Positions 18,088-36,980 of a stretch of 64,000 nt of DNA are shown here, piece by piece. Within the stretch, counting starts at the first letter, position 1; each line of letters starts with the position of its first letter. Under the pieces are notes generated by a model, which was not told the DNA's origin, did no database searches, and saw only the letters and a list, made by a program, of their open reading frames with translations. The stretch is taken from NCBI RefSeq assembly GCF_009914755.1, contig NC_060940.1. One strand, given 5' to 3'. The position numbers were made by a program, and so were the translations under genes. Source of the stretch: the human T2T-CHM13v2.0 reference genome, Homo sapiens.

Positions 18088-19125
18088 TTTGTTGATCTGA
18101 CATTCAAGTTTAAATGGACATCCTGTATTTGTCTTTGCTAAATCTGGAAACCCTACTTATGGTAGTAGCTCAATAAACATCAATTGAATGAATGAATCAC
18201 AGTGGGATCTGGAAATCTAGATTTTTAACCAGCTTCCCCCCAGTGACTCTTGTGCACACTCAAATTTGGGAACAACCTGCCCTACAAATTATAGAATCCT
18301 GCCCATCTCGGATTTTAAGATAGGGGAAAACTGATTACACAGTAAATTGCTCCTGAATGAGGTGGGATTGCAAGTATAACACCCAGTCCCTGCCTTCAAG
18401 GATTTTACAGTCACTTTGCTTTTTTTCCTTTCTCATAAGCTGTAAAACATTCACACATCTTAATATGCAAGGAATGACTGAATGAGGTTGGGCCCATAAC
18501 CTATGGGCACCAAGAAATTGCTTAAAACAGAATTTTTTTTTTCAAAGAATCAAAGTCCTGGCTTCTGTATTAGCTTAAGAAAAAATCCAGGAAAAATAGA
18601 TAGCAGTTTGCTCCCTAAAGAGGACAAAAGGATGCCTGTTTCCTACTGGTGGAGTCAAGACGAGAAGCTGGGTTATGGGAGGGCAAGGAGGCCCAGCCTC
18701 CTCCAGAGCCCACCTAGGAAGGAGGCCAGCCCTTCACCTGGTCCTCTGTGAGCCACAGCAACTCAGCCCACACGCTGGTTAAACATTATCCCATAAGAAT
18801 GTTCTGTGCCCAGAATGTGAGTGGCATATAAACACTCAATGCGGCAACACCTCTCTTGGAAGCCCTGGGGATTTTCTTCAGAAACCTCCCCTTTGTGGGG
18901 GCAGTGGGTGGGATGTACAACCCTTAGAATGCACCACTTCAGCCCAGCGCAGAAGAAAATAAAGCCTTATATAGATGAAAAATGCTCCTTGGTGCCACTT
19001 TGCCCAGTGTTTGCCCTGTCATGGAAAACAGCCCCTACCATCTAGGCGTCCCTACTTGAAGACCCTATTGCTGGGGTGGACGGGACATTACTGAGGGTTC
19101 AGCGGGTGATAAGAAGCTGCCAGTG

Positions 19126-19427
19126 GGCTGGGCGCGGTGGCTGACAACTGTGGTCCCAGCACTTTGGGAGGCTGAGGCAGGCAGATTGCTTGAGTCCAGG
19201 AATTCGACCAGCTTGGGTAGCATGGTGAGACCCTGTCTCTACAAAAAATTTAAAAAAAAATAAGCCGGGCGTGGTGGTGCACACCGGCGGTCCCAGCTAC
19301 TCAGGAGGCTGAGGCAGGAGGATCGCTTAAGCCTGGGATGTCGAGGCTGCAGTGAGCTGTGATGACGCCACTGCACCCCAGCCTGGGTGACAGAGTGGGA
19401 CCCTGTCTCAAAAAAAAAAAAAAAAAG
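19126..19427 (+). mobile_element. AluJ
   Basis: Alu consensus with poly(A). Confidence 0.9.
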
Positions 19428-20199
19428 CAGCAGCCACCTGTGGTACGCGCCTTCCTGGCCCCACCCTGAGCCCATCCAGGGCAGCTCCCAGGATGCTCCC
19501 CTCCACCAGTAGGTGCTGTTGCTAGGGAAATCTAGAGATGCCTCAGGCCAGAGACCTGAGCCCACCTTGTCTCTTTCTTTGTTCACTTTCTCCATTTCCT
19601 GGTCACCATGCTTAGGGCTCAGTCAGCCTGTGATGGGGACCTGAAACTTTACAAAAGGCCTGTCTCCTGGGTCTGGGAAAGGAAGAGCTAATACTCATTC
19701 ATAAGCTCAATCTTTTCTTCATTCATTCATTCATCCACAGAGTCATTGATTCATATGTCAGTGCAACAAATGTTCGTTGAGCACCTACTTAGTGCCAAGC
19801 ACTGTTCTAGGCAGTGGATCCGAGTAACCACAACAGCTGGAAAACCCTGTCCTTGTGGAGTGGACATTCTGCTGGACTTTACACTCTGTTGTTTGCTTTT
19901 TTACACAACAATCACTTGTTGAGCACATACGAGTACTGGCTACAAGTGAGACAAATGGTCACTGTCAGCATCACAGAACTCAAGTCCCTCCCACCTCCTG
20001 TTAAAAATATTTATTAAATGCCTTTGATGTACAGCACATGGGTGGGGGACAGGGCCACAAAAAAAGGCACCATGTCAGTTCTCCTGGAATTCCTGTGTAA
20101 GCAGAGGAACAAGGGCACAGGCACACACAACCATTTATCAAGAGTTTACTCCAGGCCAGGTCCTGCGCCAAGACTCTTACATGAATCATCTCATTATAG

Positions 20200-22337
<2,138 letters not shown>

Positions 22338-22540
22338 CCCCCTCCCATATCTTTACGGGGCCTGTCTGCAGCTTTTCCAGAATTGGCTTCCCTAGAACCT
22401 ATCGATGACTCACACCCAAGGCAAATCTGCCCATGTGGGTGTGCACTCTGCCAAAAAACATGCCCCTTAACATCTTGTCCAGACTCTGTCACTCAAGGCC
22501 AGGGTCATCTTCATTAGAAGGGAGGAAAAAAGCCACATCT

Positions 22541-22836
22541 GGCCAGGTGGGTGGCTCACGCCTGTAATCCCAGCACTTTGGGATGCCAAGGCAGGCGGAT
22601 CATCTGAGGTCAGGAGTTCGAGACCAGCCTAGCCAACATGGTGACACCCCGTCTCTACTAAAAATACAAAAAATCAGCCAGGCGTGGTGGTGTGTGCCTG
22701 TAATCCCAGCTACTCAGGAGGCTGAGGCACAAGAATCACTTGAACCTGGGAGGCGGAGGTTACAGTGAGCAGAGATTGTGGCATTGCATTTCAGCCTGGG
22801 TGACAGAGTAAGACTCCATCTAAAAAAAAAAAAAAA
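22541..22836 (+). mobile_element. AluS
   Basis: Alu consensus; TSD AAAAAGCCACA. Confidence 0.92.
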
Positions 22837-23530
22837 GCCACACCCACTGTATCTGGGGGGCAGCCCCTGCTTGTGCACTAGAAACACTGGGGCACCATGA
22901 CAGCTTCCAGAAGTTTGAGGAATGGGACTCCCAATGCCAGAGAGGCAGACGGCTGCATGGGCTGGCCAGGGGCAGGGGCTGGAGACAGAGCAGCCTGAAG
23001 CTTCATGCTGAGGAGGAAGCCCAGGGGACCGTCATCCTGAGCAGGAGGGACAGTTTAGTGACATGGTCTTTCTGCAGGGCAACCCAATGCAACAAGATCA
23101 AATCAGGGAGCTGCCGATTCACCTGGGATGCACCTCCCCAGGTATCCACATGCCTCATTCTCTCACCTCCTTCAGGCTAGGGCTAAAAAGCCAAGAAGGC
23201 CTTCCCTGACCATCCCAGTTTAAACTGCAGCCCTAACCAGCCAGCACCCCCAATCGCCTGCTTCTCTGCTTCATTTTCTCTCTAGCCCTTATCCCTGGCA
23301 TACTGTATGTTTTACTCATTAATTTTGTTGTTAATTCCCCTAACTCAAAAGCAAGCTTTTCCTTTGGGAGGGGTTTTGGTCTGTTTTGCTCCCTTCTGAA
23401 TTCCCAGTGCCTACACAGGATCAATGTCTGGAGCATAGTAAATAATAATGATGATGATAATAATAATATGTAACACTTAGCATACTGCTATTGTGTGCCA
23501 GGCACTTTTCCAAGGGCTTTGCATATATTA

Positions 23531-23940
<410 letters not shown>

Positions 23941-24290
23941 CTATCTAAATCCCAGCTCGAGCACATCCAAGCTGGGGGGCCTTGGGCCAATGTCCTATCC
24001 TCTCTGAGCCGTTCCACTACAGCAGGGATCATAATCATTCCTAGTCCATGGGCTGGAGGTGAGGTTTAGTGAGACAATCCAGCAATGCGATTAGCACAGG
24101 GTCTGGGAGACAGAACTCTCGAAAACCTTAGCAAGTATGGAACCCCTTCACTGCCTCGGCACACAGAGCTGGCAGACGCAGACACCCTTCTGGTCACAGA
24201 GCAAAGGTGGCATGCCCAGCTCTTCCCACAGTTCATGCTTTTCTCCCACACACTCTGAAAAATGCCAAAGGAAAGTCCTGCCCTCCCACT

Positions 24291-24385
24291 CTCTCCAGGC
24301 CAGGTAGAACTATCCCTTATATACTCAGGCAAAAACACACACACACACCCTCCAGGCCAGGTACAGCAATCCCTTATATACACAG

Positions 24386-24436
<51 letters not shown>

Positions 24437-24540
24437 CCAGGCCAGGTAGAGCGATCCCTTATATACACAGGCAGACATACACACACACACACACACACCC
24501 CCTCCAGGCCAGGTAGAATGATCCCTTATATACACAGGCA

Positions 24541-24582
<42 letters not shown>

Positions 24583-24619
24583 CCAGGCCAAGTAGAGCGA
24601 TCCCTTATATACACAGGCA

Positions 24620-24667
<48 letters not shown>

Positions 24668-24701
24668 CCAGGCCAGGTAGAGTGATCCCTTATATACACA
24701 G

Positions 24702-24736
<35 letters not shown>

Positions 24737-24773
24737 CCAGGCCAGGTAGAACGATCCCTTATATACACAGGCA

Positions 24774-24813
<40 letters not shown>

Positions 24814-24925
24814 CCAGGTCAGGTAGAGCGATCCCTTATATACACAGGCAGAGACACACACACACACCCTCCCTCTCCAGGTCAGGTAGAACAATCTCTT
24901 ATATACACAGGCAGAGACGCACACA
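24291..24925. repeat. Compound minisatellite: 9 copies of a ~43-bp core (CCCTCCAGGCCAGGTAGAGCGATCCCTTATATACACAGGCAGA) separated by (CA)~7-22
   Basis: Units start near 24291, 24348, 24433, 24500, 24579, 24664, 24733, 24810 and 24873. Confidence 0.95.
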
Positions 24926-25503
24926 TGCACAGAGCTGGCATCTCTCTGCCCATCCCCCAAGCTCTGAGGGGCTTCCCCAGAGTCCCCACTGCAGGTCCCC
25001 TCCCCAGGGATGTTAACCTTCCTGTTCCCATGAAGTTGGAGGAATCTGGGGAAAAGAGGCTTCTGGGGCACAGCCTGGCATATCCTAGTGGCTGGGCAAG
25101 GCTGCTGGGGATTGGCTCAGGGGGTCACCCCATGGGAGGAGTCCTGGCATCCTGGGTCTGGCAGCCAGCCCTGCCTTCCCCGCCCAGCCCTGCCTGGGAG
25201 CTGGAACTCTGGTGGGAAGAGGGTGGTGGCGTAGACGGCTCACCTCACTCCCTTTCCCGCCCAAACTCTGTGCTTTGCATACAGTAGGCTGCCTGCCAGT
25301 GGAGATGAGGCAAGACTGGGGAGCAGGAGTCCTAAGCCTCCCATGTGCTGTACACCTGGGGACAGGTTACTTCACCTTCCTGAGCCTCTCTACAGTTGCA
25401 CAGATGTAGGTTCAATTCCACTTCCTGCTGTGTGACCTTGCATGGATCACAACCTCTCTGTGCCTCATGCAATATGCATTCAACATCGATTGAGCCCTTT
25501 CTA

Positions 25504-25885
<382 letters not shown>

Positions 25886-25924
25886 ACACTTGCCCACAAG
25901 GTTACTGGGGGAACTAAGTAAAAT

Positions 25925-25987
25925 TGTGTGTGTGTGAACGTGTGTGTGTGTGTGCATGTGTGTGTGTGTGCACATGTGTGTGTGTGG
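25925..25987. repeat. Imperfect (TG)n
   Basis: Read directly. Confidence 0.85.
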
Positions 25988-26001
25988 TGGCTGTTCTATC
26001 A

Positions 26002-26290
26002 TTTTTTTGAGAGAGGTTCTCACACTGTTGTCCAGGCTGAACTGCAGCGGCACTATTATGGCTCACTGCAGCCTCAACATCCCAGGCTCAAGGGATCCTC
26101 CCACTTCAGACTCCCGAGTTGCTGGAACTACAGGCACATGCTACCACATCCAGCTAATTTTTGTGTTTTTCACAGAGATGAGGTTTTCCCGCGTTGGCCA
26201 GGCTGATCTCAAACTCCTGGGCTCAAGCAATCCATCCACCTCAGCCTCCCAAAGTGCTGGGATTACAGATGTGAGCCACTGCACCCAGCC
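26002..26290 (-). mobile_element. AluJ
   Basis: Reverse Alu consensus. Confidence 0.88.
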
Positions 26291-26810
26291 AGTGGTTAAT
26301 TTTATATGTCAATTTGACTGGCTTGACTGGGTTAATTGTATATGTTAACTTAAAGGGACAGCCAGATAGCTGGTAAACCATTATTTTGAGGTGTGTCTGT
26401 GAAGGTGTTTCTGGAAGAAACTAACGTTTGAATTGATGAACTCTGCGGTCATGTCCAACGTAGGCAGGCATCACCCAACCCACTGAGGGTCCGAACAGAA
26501 CAAAAAGGCAGAGGAAGGGTGAATTCGCTCTCTCTGCTTTAGCTGGGACATCCATCTTCTCCTACCCTTGGACATCAGAGTTGCTGGTTCAGACTCAGAC
26601 GGAAGCTTACAGCCTCAGCCCCTGACTCTTAGACCTTAGGACTGGAACTCAATTACACCACCAGGTTTCCTGGGTCTCCAGCATGCAGACCACAGGTTGT
26701 GGGACTTCTCAGCCTCCATAACCTCACAAGCCAATTCCTACAACAAATCTCCTCTCAGATACATTTCTATATATCGTATTGCTTCTGTTTCTCTGGAGAC
26801 CCTTAAAACA
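26291..26810 (+). mobile_element. MLT2 (ERVL) solo LTR
   Basis: tggttaattttatatgtcaatttgactgg...gggacttctcagcctccataa...ttctgtttctctggagaccct. Confidence 0.8.
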
Positions 26811-27444
26811 GTGTGTAAATTGCTTATTCCAGTGTCTGCCACCATGCCATGGACTGTCCTGTCTCCCCCCCCTCCCCTCCCCCACCCCCCCCCCCAGTCT
26901 GTGACGAGATTTTTCACTTGGGATCATTGTTTTTTTTGTTTTTTAATGTAAGACAATAGGAAATTCAGATTTGCTTGAAAGAATTTGTCTTTGCAGGCAA
27001 CTTAAATTCTGTAAGGCAGGAAGAGAGACTTATTGCTGGAGAAAAAACTGCCTTTCCTAAAAAAACAATTGAGGACTACATTTATCCTTCAAGAACTGTT
27101 GTCTCTTTTACATACACACACATGCTGAACGGGTAACTCAAAAGCCCAATTACATAAACAATGTTGCCTTTACAAACAGCCTCCAACCATATTTACACGT
27201 TCTTATCGCTCCCAGTCTAAACGGAGGGAGTGTAGTCCATTAGGAAAAGTAGGACTTCAGAACCCACCGGAACTCCTGGTTCCAATCCCAGTTCCACTAC
27301 TTACCCCCTATTCAACCTTGTAAAAATTACCTGATCTGTCTAAACCTCAGTATTTTTTTAAAATTATGAAATAATATTTTTAAGGCCTGCCATATAGGAT
27401 TATTGTGAGGGTTATGTAAGATTATGTATGTTTATATGTTTGTG

Positions 27445-27910
27445 GCATTGTGGCTAGTTGACACATAGAAAGGGCAATATTAATACCCACTTCCTCTTAA
27501 CCTGTGGAACACTATAAAAGACTACATTTTCCAGGCTCCCTTGTAGCTCCAGGCCATGTGACTAATTCTAGCCAGTGGAAAGGAATCAAAATGTTGTTTG
27601 GGACTCTTGGGAAGTCTCTTTTAAAAGGGGGTGGTTGTACCCTTCTCTTTCTCAGGTATCTTCCTGCTAGCTCAAACTTAAGATGTGATGGTGGAGCTCC
27701 AGCAGCCTCCTTGGACCATGAGGTCTAAGTGTGAAAAATAAATGCTTGGATGGTGAAGCAGAAAAATAGCAGCCTGGGCATCTGATGATACCATGAAGCC
27801 ATCTTGCAACCCAAGATTTATTTTATGTGAGAGGAAAGTAGACTTCTAACTTACTTAAACTGGTGTTATTTGGGGTCTTCTATTACATGTGGCTGAACCT
27901 AATCCCAAAT
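27445..27910 (+). mobile_element. Old MLT1 (J/K-like) LTR
   Basis: actacattttccaggctcccttg, ggccatgtgactaattctagcca, gcagcctccttggaccatgagg. Confidence 0.6.
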
Positions 27911-27954
27911 GAGTTGTCATATATGACCAAAGAGTTCATAGCAAATCATCCGTG

Positions 27955-28179
27955 ATGAGGGTATCTTGACCTCAGCACTACTGACATTTTGATAGACTCT
28001 TTGATAAAATTTGTGGAGGAGACCGTCCTGTGCATTGAAGGATGTTTAGTTAGCAGCCTCCCTGGTCTCTACCCACTAGATGCCAGTAGCACCCACTTCC
28101 AGTGTGACAACCAAAATTATCTCCAGACGTTGCCAACTACCCCCTAGAGGAAAAAATTGCCCCAGGTTGAGAACCACTG
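27955..28179 (+). mobile_element. MER20 (hAT-Charlie) copy 1
   Basis: ctcagcactactgacattt..tcctgtgcattg..ccactagatgccagtagcac..gttgagaaccactg. Confidence 0.85.
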
Positions 28180-28189
28180 CTCTTGATTT

Positions 28190-29838
<1,649 letters not shown>

Positions 29839-30039
29839 TCCCCTTTCAATTTTTTCCAACATCTTTATTGAGATACAATTTACCACAAAGTTCACCCACT
29901 TAAAATGTACTGTGGTTTTCAGTATAGTTACAGTTGTCCAGCCATCACTATAATCTAATTTAGAACACTTTCATTACTCACCCACAAAAGAAACTTTGTA
30001 TCCCCTGTCTTTGAATGTGATTATTGACTTGTAATCTAA

Positions 30040-30595
30040 ATGAAAGAGATGACAATTCTAAGTGTTGACTAGGATGCAGAGAAACTGGACCACTTATATG
30101 CGGCTGGTGGAAGTCAATATTTGTCAACCTCTGAAAAGCCGTTTGACAGAACCTACTGAAGCTGAAGATACACCCACTCTATGAGCCAGGGATTCCGTTC
30201 CTGGGAACGCCCATGAGAAAGAGTCCATATGTCCACCAAAAGATTTGTGCAAGAATGTTCAAGAATGTTCATAACAACTTAAACATCTATCAACAGGAGG
30301 ATGGATCAATTGTGGAATAGCCCCACAATAGACCACTATCCAGCGGTAAAAAACAACTTCTAACACACACATACCAATACAATGGATGAACCTCACCAAT
30401 ACTATATTGAGTAGAAGCAGCCAAGCACAAGAAAAGAACATACTGCATGATTCTATCAATATGAATTTCAAGACCAGGCAAATCTAACGGCTGGTGATAG
30501 AAGTAAGAATGATAGTTCCTTTGGGGAGGGGGTGTAGACTGAGAGGTGGTATGAGGGGGGCTCCTGGAACTAGAAATGTCCTAGCCTTTGATCTG
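30040..30595 (+). mobile_element. L1ME-like fragment
   Basis: ggatgcagagaaactggaccact, atggatgaacctcac, gaagccaagcacaag. Confidence 0.6.
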
Positions 30596-30597
30596 GA

Positions 30598-32923
<2,326 letters not shown>

Positions 32924-32959
32924 TGTGTTTTGTTTTTTCTTCTTCAAGTCCATCCTCTT

Positions 32960-33152
32960 TAAATTGCTGCAAGTCTCAATAAACAGCTTTATGATCTCTG
33001 TTGAAACTACTCAACCTGACCACTGTAGCACAAAAGCAGCTGCAGACAACATGAAAATGTATTGGGCATGGCTGTGCTCCAATAAAACTATTTACAAAAA
33101 CAGGCGGAGGGGCGGGGATTTGGCCCTTGGGGCTGTGAGTTTGCAACCCCTG
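32960..33152. mobile_element. MER58A fragment
   Basis: ctctgttgaaactactcaac..ccaataaaactatttacaaaaacagg..tttgcaacccctg. Confidence 0.75.
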
Positions 33153-33988
33153 TTATAAACTATTCCAGGGGAAATCACAATCCCCCAAAGCTGTCCATCT
33201 CATGTAAGTCTGCTGCTCCTCTGGGGTTTCTGTGTTCAGAGAACAATTTCTGCAGCGCCTCGCTACTCCAAGTGTGGTCCCTGGACCAGCATCTTTGGAC
33301 TTGAAGAGCTTGTTAGAAACCCAGGCCCCACCCCAGATCTCAGCACAGAATCTACATTTTTACAAACTCCCAAGCTATTCATATGCATATTAAAGCTTTA
33401 AAGCAAGAGAAAGACATGATTATGTTTGTAGTTTCATGCAGATCTCTCTGGCTGCCATTTGGAGGATAGACAGAGGGGACAATCTGGACAAGCTGAGAGA
33501 CAGGAGGACTCACACCCAGGCAGTGTGGACAATTGCTAAAGAAACGAGGTCACCAAAGTATCCAAAAGATGAAGTAGGAAGGACTTGAGAACTTATGGAA
33601 TGTGCGGAGTGAGGAGAGGCCAGTGGTATTCGGATTCCAGTGTGCCCACCTCACTACAATCCAGAGGAACCTTCTAGAAGAGAGGTTGGGGAGCCACCAG
33701 CCACTGCCAAGCATGTGGCCTTGGCAAATCACCAAACCTCTGTGAGCCTCAGTTTCCCCATGTGTATAAAGAAGATGATAATAGCATCTATCCTAGAAGG
33801 TGACTTCCAGGATGGATTTAGGTAACCCGTGTAATGTGTTCAGCACTGTGGCCAGCACACAGTAAGCCCTTCAGAGCCCTGGGTCCCTCAGCCTCCACAC
33901 TATCTACCCTACCATCTGCCTAGCCATCTACCTATCTACTATCTTTTTTCCTTTCTCTCTTCTTAAATTAAACCTTAATGCTAGCAGA

Positions 33989-34221
33989 TCAGGGTTTCTT
34001 AGCCTTGGCACTATTGACATTTGAGGCTGGGTGATTCTCCATGGTGGGGGGTAGGGACTGTCCTGTGCACTGTGGGATGTTTGGCAGCATCCCTGGCCTC
34101 TACTCACTGGATGCCAATCATCAGTAGCACGCACCCCCATTTGTGACAACTAAATGTCTTCAGACATTGCCAAATGCCCCTGGGGGAAATGGGGGCAAAA
34201 TCACCTTGTTTGAGAACTGCT
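33989..34221 (+). mobile_element. MER20 copy 3
   Basis: cttggcactattgacatttg..gcagcatccctggcctctac..tgagaactgctg. Confidence 0.85.
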
Positions 34222-34316
34222 GCTTTAGATGTTGACCTATTACTGTTGTCATAAGGCTGGGTGGAGGTGGGGGAAGTGTCCCTATTAACCTGAAGCTCAG
34301 AATCTAGAGCAGGACT

Positions 34317-34649
34317 TGTGGAGTCCTAAGTCAGCAACAACGAGGAGGCGGCCCCAGGTTGGGGAGAACAATTGTTCTGAGAGACGGTTAACCACAAACA
34401 ACTCACTTGCACAGCATTCTGTTCCCAAATACTTTGTTCTGCACGTAGCCCCGGCACCACCACCCTATAAAACTTCCTTCCAGCTCCTGCCTCTTTGCAG
34501 GCAGCCCCTTCTGTGCTGTGCTGCCCATTGCTTTCTTGCAACGTATCCTTGTACTTTCTCCAATACATCTGCCTTTCTTTACCCATGACTATCTTGGCAA
34601 ATTCTTTTACCATCCACAGCACTGGCCCCAGCCAGTTGCACCCATGACA
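34317..34649 (+). mobile_element. Solo LTR (LTR47-like, ERVL) with TG...CA ends
   Basis: TGTGG start, ...ATGACA end, 5-bp TSD GGACT/GGACC, internal CTATAAAA. Confidence 0.7.
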
Positions 34650-35553
34650 GGACCACCTGGAGTAAAACACAGCTCTGCCATTTCCTAGCTGGAGTGGTTA
34701 GTGGTGGGGACTTTAGGCAAATCACTTTTTGTAATGAGTCCTCAGTTTCCTCATCTGTAAAACAGGTCTAATAATAACCCCTTCTTCATGGGAGGGAAAG
34801 ATAAGCTCACCTAAGTAAAGCTCTCAGTAAGGCTAATATGTCTTTGTTACAGTAAGTTATCATTTTCTTTCTCCTTCGGCTTGCAGCAGGATGGAAAACT
34901 CAATTATGATCACCCACTCTCACCCCCTGCAGAGGAGAAGCCGGAAGCAAATCTCCACTCCATCCACCCACTCACCCTCAACCCTGCACCCAGAATGTGG
35001 AAAGGGTTGAGGTCAGCACTGGGAATGGTCTCTGGCCATGCATGGGGTGTGAAAGGCAATTATCAGGTCTGCCTCAGATAAAACCAACCTCGGCTCAGTG
35101 GAAAAGTGTGCTGATATTCCTGGCTGGACTAGAAATCCACCCAACAGCTCTGAAAGCAGAGATATGTTTGGCAGGGTTGTTCACCATGTAAAACTATCTG
35201 CCTGTGTCTTGTGACAGTGGAGAAAGCCTCTAAGGCCAAGAAATTATTTTTGATGTGGAAGGAAAAAAATGGATTTAGTAGTTCCAGCCAGCTTTAGGCT
35301 TCTGGATGTTTTGTGCAACCTTGCAAATTTATTGTTTTCCAAATTGCATGAAGCCAAGGAGTTTCCAAGGAGATGCTTGGCTCAGTGCAGATCCCCAGCT
35401 CAGGAAAGAGGAAGGCAGCTTGAAATCCTTTTCTGGTCAAATGGTGGAAGATTTTCAAGTTCAGCCAAATTCAGGAGCAAGGAGAGAGAGAAAGAGGAGA
35501 GGAGCGCTCCGGAGGGACCCGGTCAGGGATTCAGAGCATGAACGCCCCAGAGC

Positions 35554-35775
35554 TGGGACTCTCAACCCTTGGCACTCTTGACATTTGAGCCCAGATATAT
35601 CTCAGCTGTGGGGGCTGTCCTGTGCATTGGGGGCTGTTTAGCACAGCATCCCTGGTCTCTACCCACTAGATGTTAGTAGCATTCTCCACCCCCAGCCATT
35701 TCAACAACCAAAAATGTCTCCAGATATTGGCAAATGCCAGTGGGGTGCAAATTCACCCTGGTTGGGAACCACTAC
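35554..35775 (+). mobile_element. MER20 copy 4
   Basis: cttggcactcttgacatttg..acccactagatg..ggttgggaaccact. Confidence 0.85.
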
Positions 35776-36234
35776 TCCAGGAGATAAATGTTGAGCAGGT
35801 CCTGCTCGCAGCCGTTTCTCTCAAGTGGTAGCCCAGCTGCTTTCGGAATATGTCAGGCCAGCACATGCATCAGCTGTTGAGAGGCTGTCTGAGGTCAGAG
35901 GTCCTGAAAGTCCTGAATGGGGTTAGAAACGGGTAGAAGCTTTCTTGCCTGAGAGACCAATATGCTCTTAAAAAAATTCATGATAATTCATCATCTCAGG
36001 CCTTTGAGGGCCTCCTTCTTAACACTTATTACCACTTTTAATTAATTGTGTGTTTGCTTATTTTTTTAACTCTATTTCCCCCTCTAGAATGTAAGCCCCC
36101 TGAGGGCAGAGATCTTGTCTGTTGTTCACTGTTGAATCCCCAGCGCCTAACTCAGTCTAGCACATAGGATGGGCTAAGTACATATCTGCTGCAGGGAGGG
36201 AAGGAAGAGGGAGGGAGGGAACAACAGATAATTG

Positions 36235-36585
36235 TTGCATGTCTACACCTGGAAGATATACCTAGCGGGCTTGTTAAAACTCAGATCGCTAGACCCCACT
36301 GGCAGACTTTCTGATTCAGTGGGTCCTGGATGGAGCCTGAGAACGTGCATTTCTAACAAATTCCCAGGTAATGCTGATGCTGATGGTCCAAGGACCACAC
36401 TTTAAGAACCACTGGTCTGAAGACCTAACTTTTGGTCCTCAGTCCTGGGCTGTGCATTAGAGTCACCTGGGGAGTTTTAAAAAGATCTGCTGCAGGCCAG
36501 ACCCTGGCCAATTAAATCAGAATCCCTAAAGTGAGGCCCAGGCATCTGGGCAATTCCAATGTGGCACTAAGGCTGAGAGCGGCTC
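36235..36585. mobile_element. MER5A/MER5B fragments (another lies at about 33253-33400)
   Basis: ttctgattcagt..tgcatttctaacaaattcccaggtaatgctgatgctg..ggaccacactttaagaaccactg. Confidence 0.7.
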
Positions 36586-36854
36586 ACCTGCACCTTCTCA
36601 CTTGTTCCTCACAGCTGGTAGGATTGTTCCTTTCTTATAGATTAGGAAACAGATTCAGAAGGGTTAGTTACTTCCTCAAGACCCCTTAGTCATACCAAAA
36701 TTCAAACCAGGTGCCAGGTTCTTTCCGTTACTTTGTCATCCCTCCCACATCAGCAGATGAGAAAGCAGACCATAGCTTTGTACTATTTTTATAGCTAATA
36801 GTCATTATCACTAAGGGATGGGCACAGCTGCTGTTATTCTCACAACTGCTTGTC

Positions 36855-36980
36855 AATCATCATTACTCCCATTTGACAGAGGAAAAAACTGAAGCACAGA
36901 GAGGTAGGGCAACCTGACTTTGGCCACACAGCCAGGAAGTGCTGGAGCCAGAAATGAGCCCAGCACTCTGCAATACACTA
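36855..36980. mobile_element. MIR fragment (several other MIR/L2 remnants are scattered through the window)
   Basis: cccatttgacagaggaaaaaactgaagcacagagagg MIR core. Confidence 0.7.

Larger units (their letters stand above)
16681..18154. mobile_element. MER53 DNA transposon split by a MaLR LTR and three Alus
   Basis: TIR-like ends agggttaccag (16681) and ctggaaaccct (~18154); internal cccagttaaatttgaatttca. Confidence 0.6.

Noticed and set aside
24291-24925. CRISPR-like array (conserved repeats with variable spacers)
   Set aside because: The spacers are only (CA)n of varying length, not unique sequence; the context is eukaryotic and there are no cas genes
24526-25287. 181-aa and 201-aa ORFs with CV/HT repeats
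   Set aside because: Translation artefacts of the (CA)n VNTR
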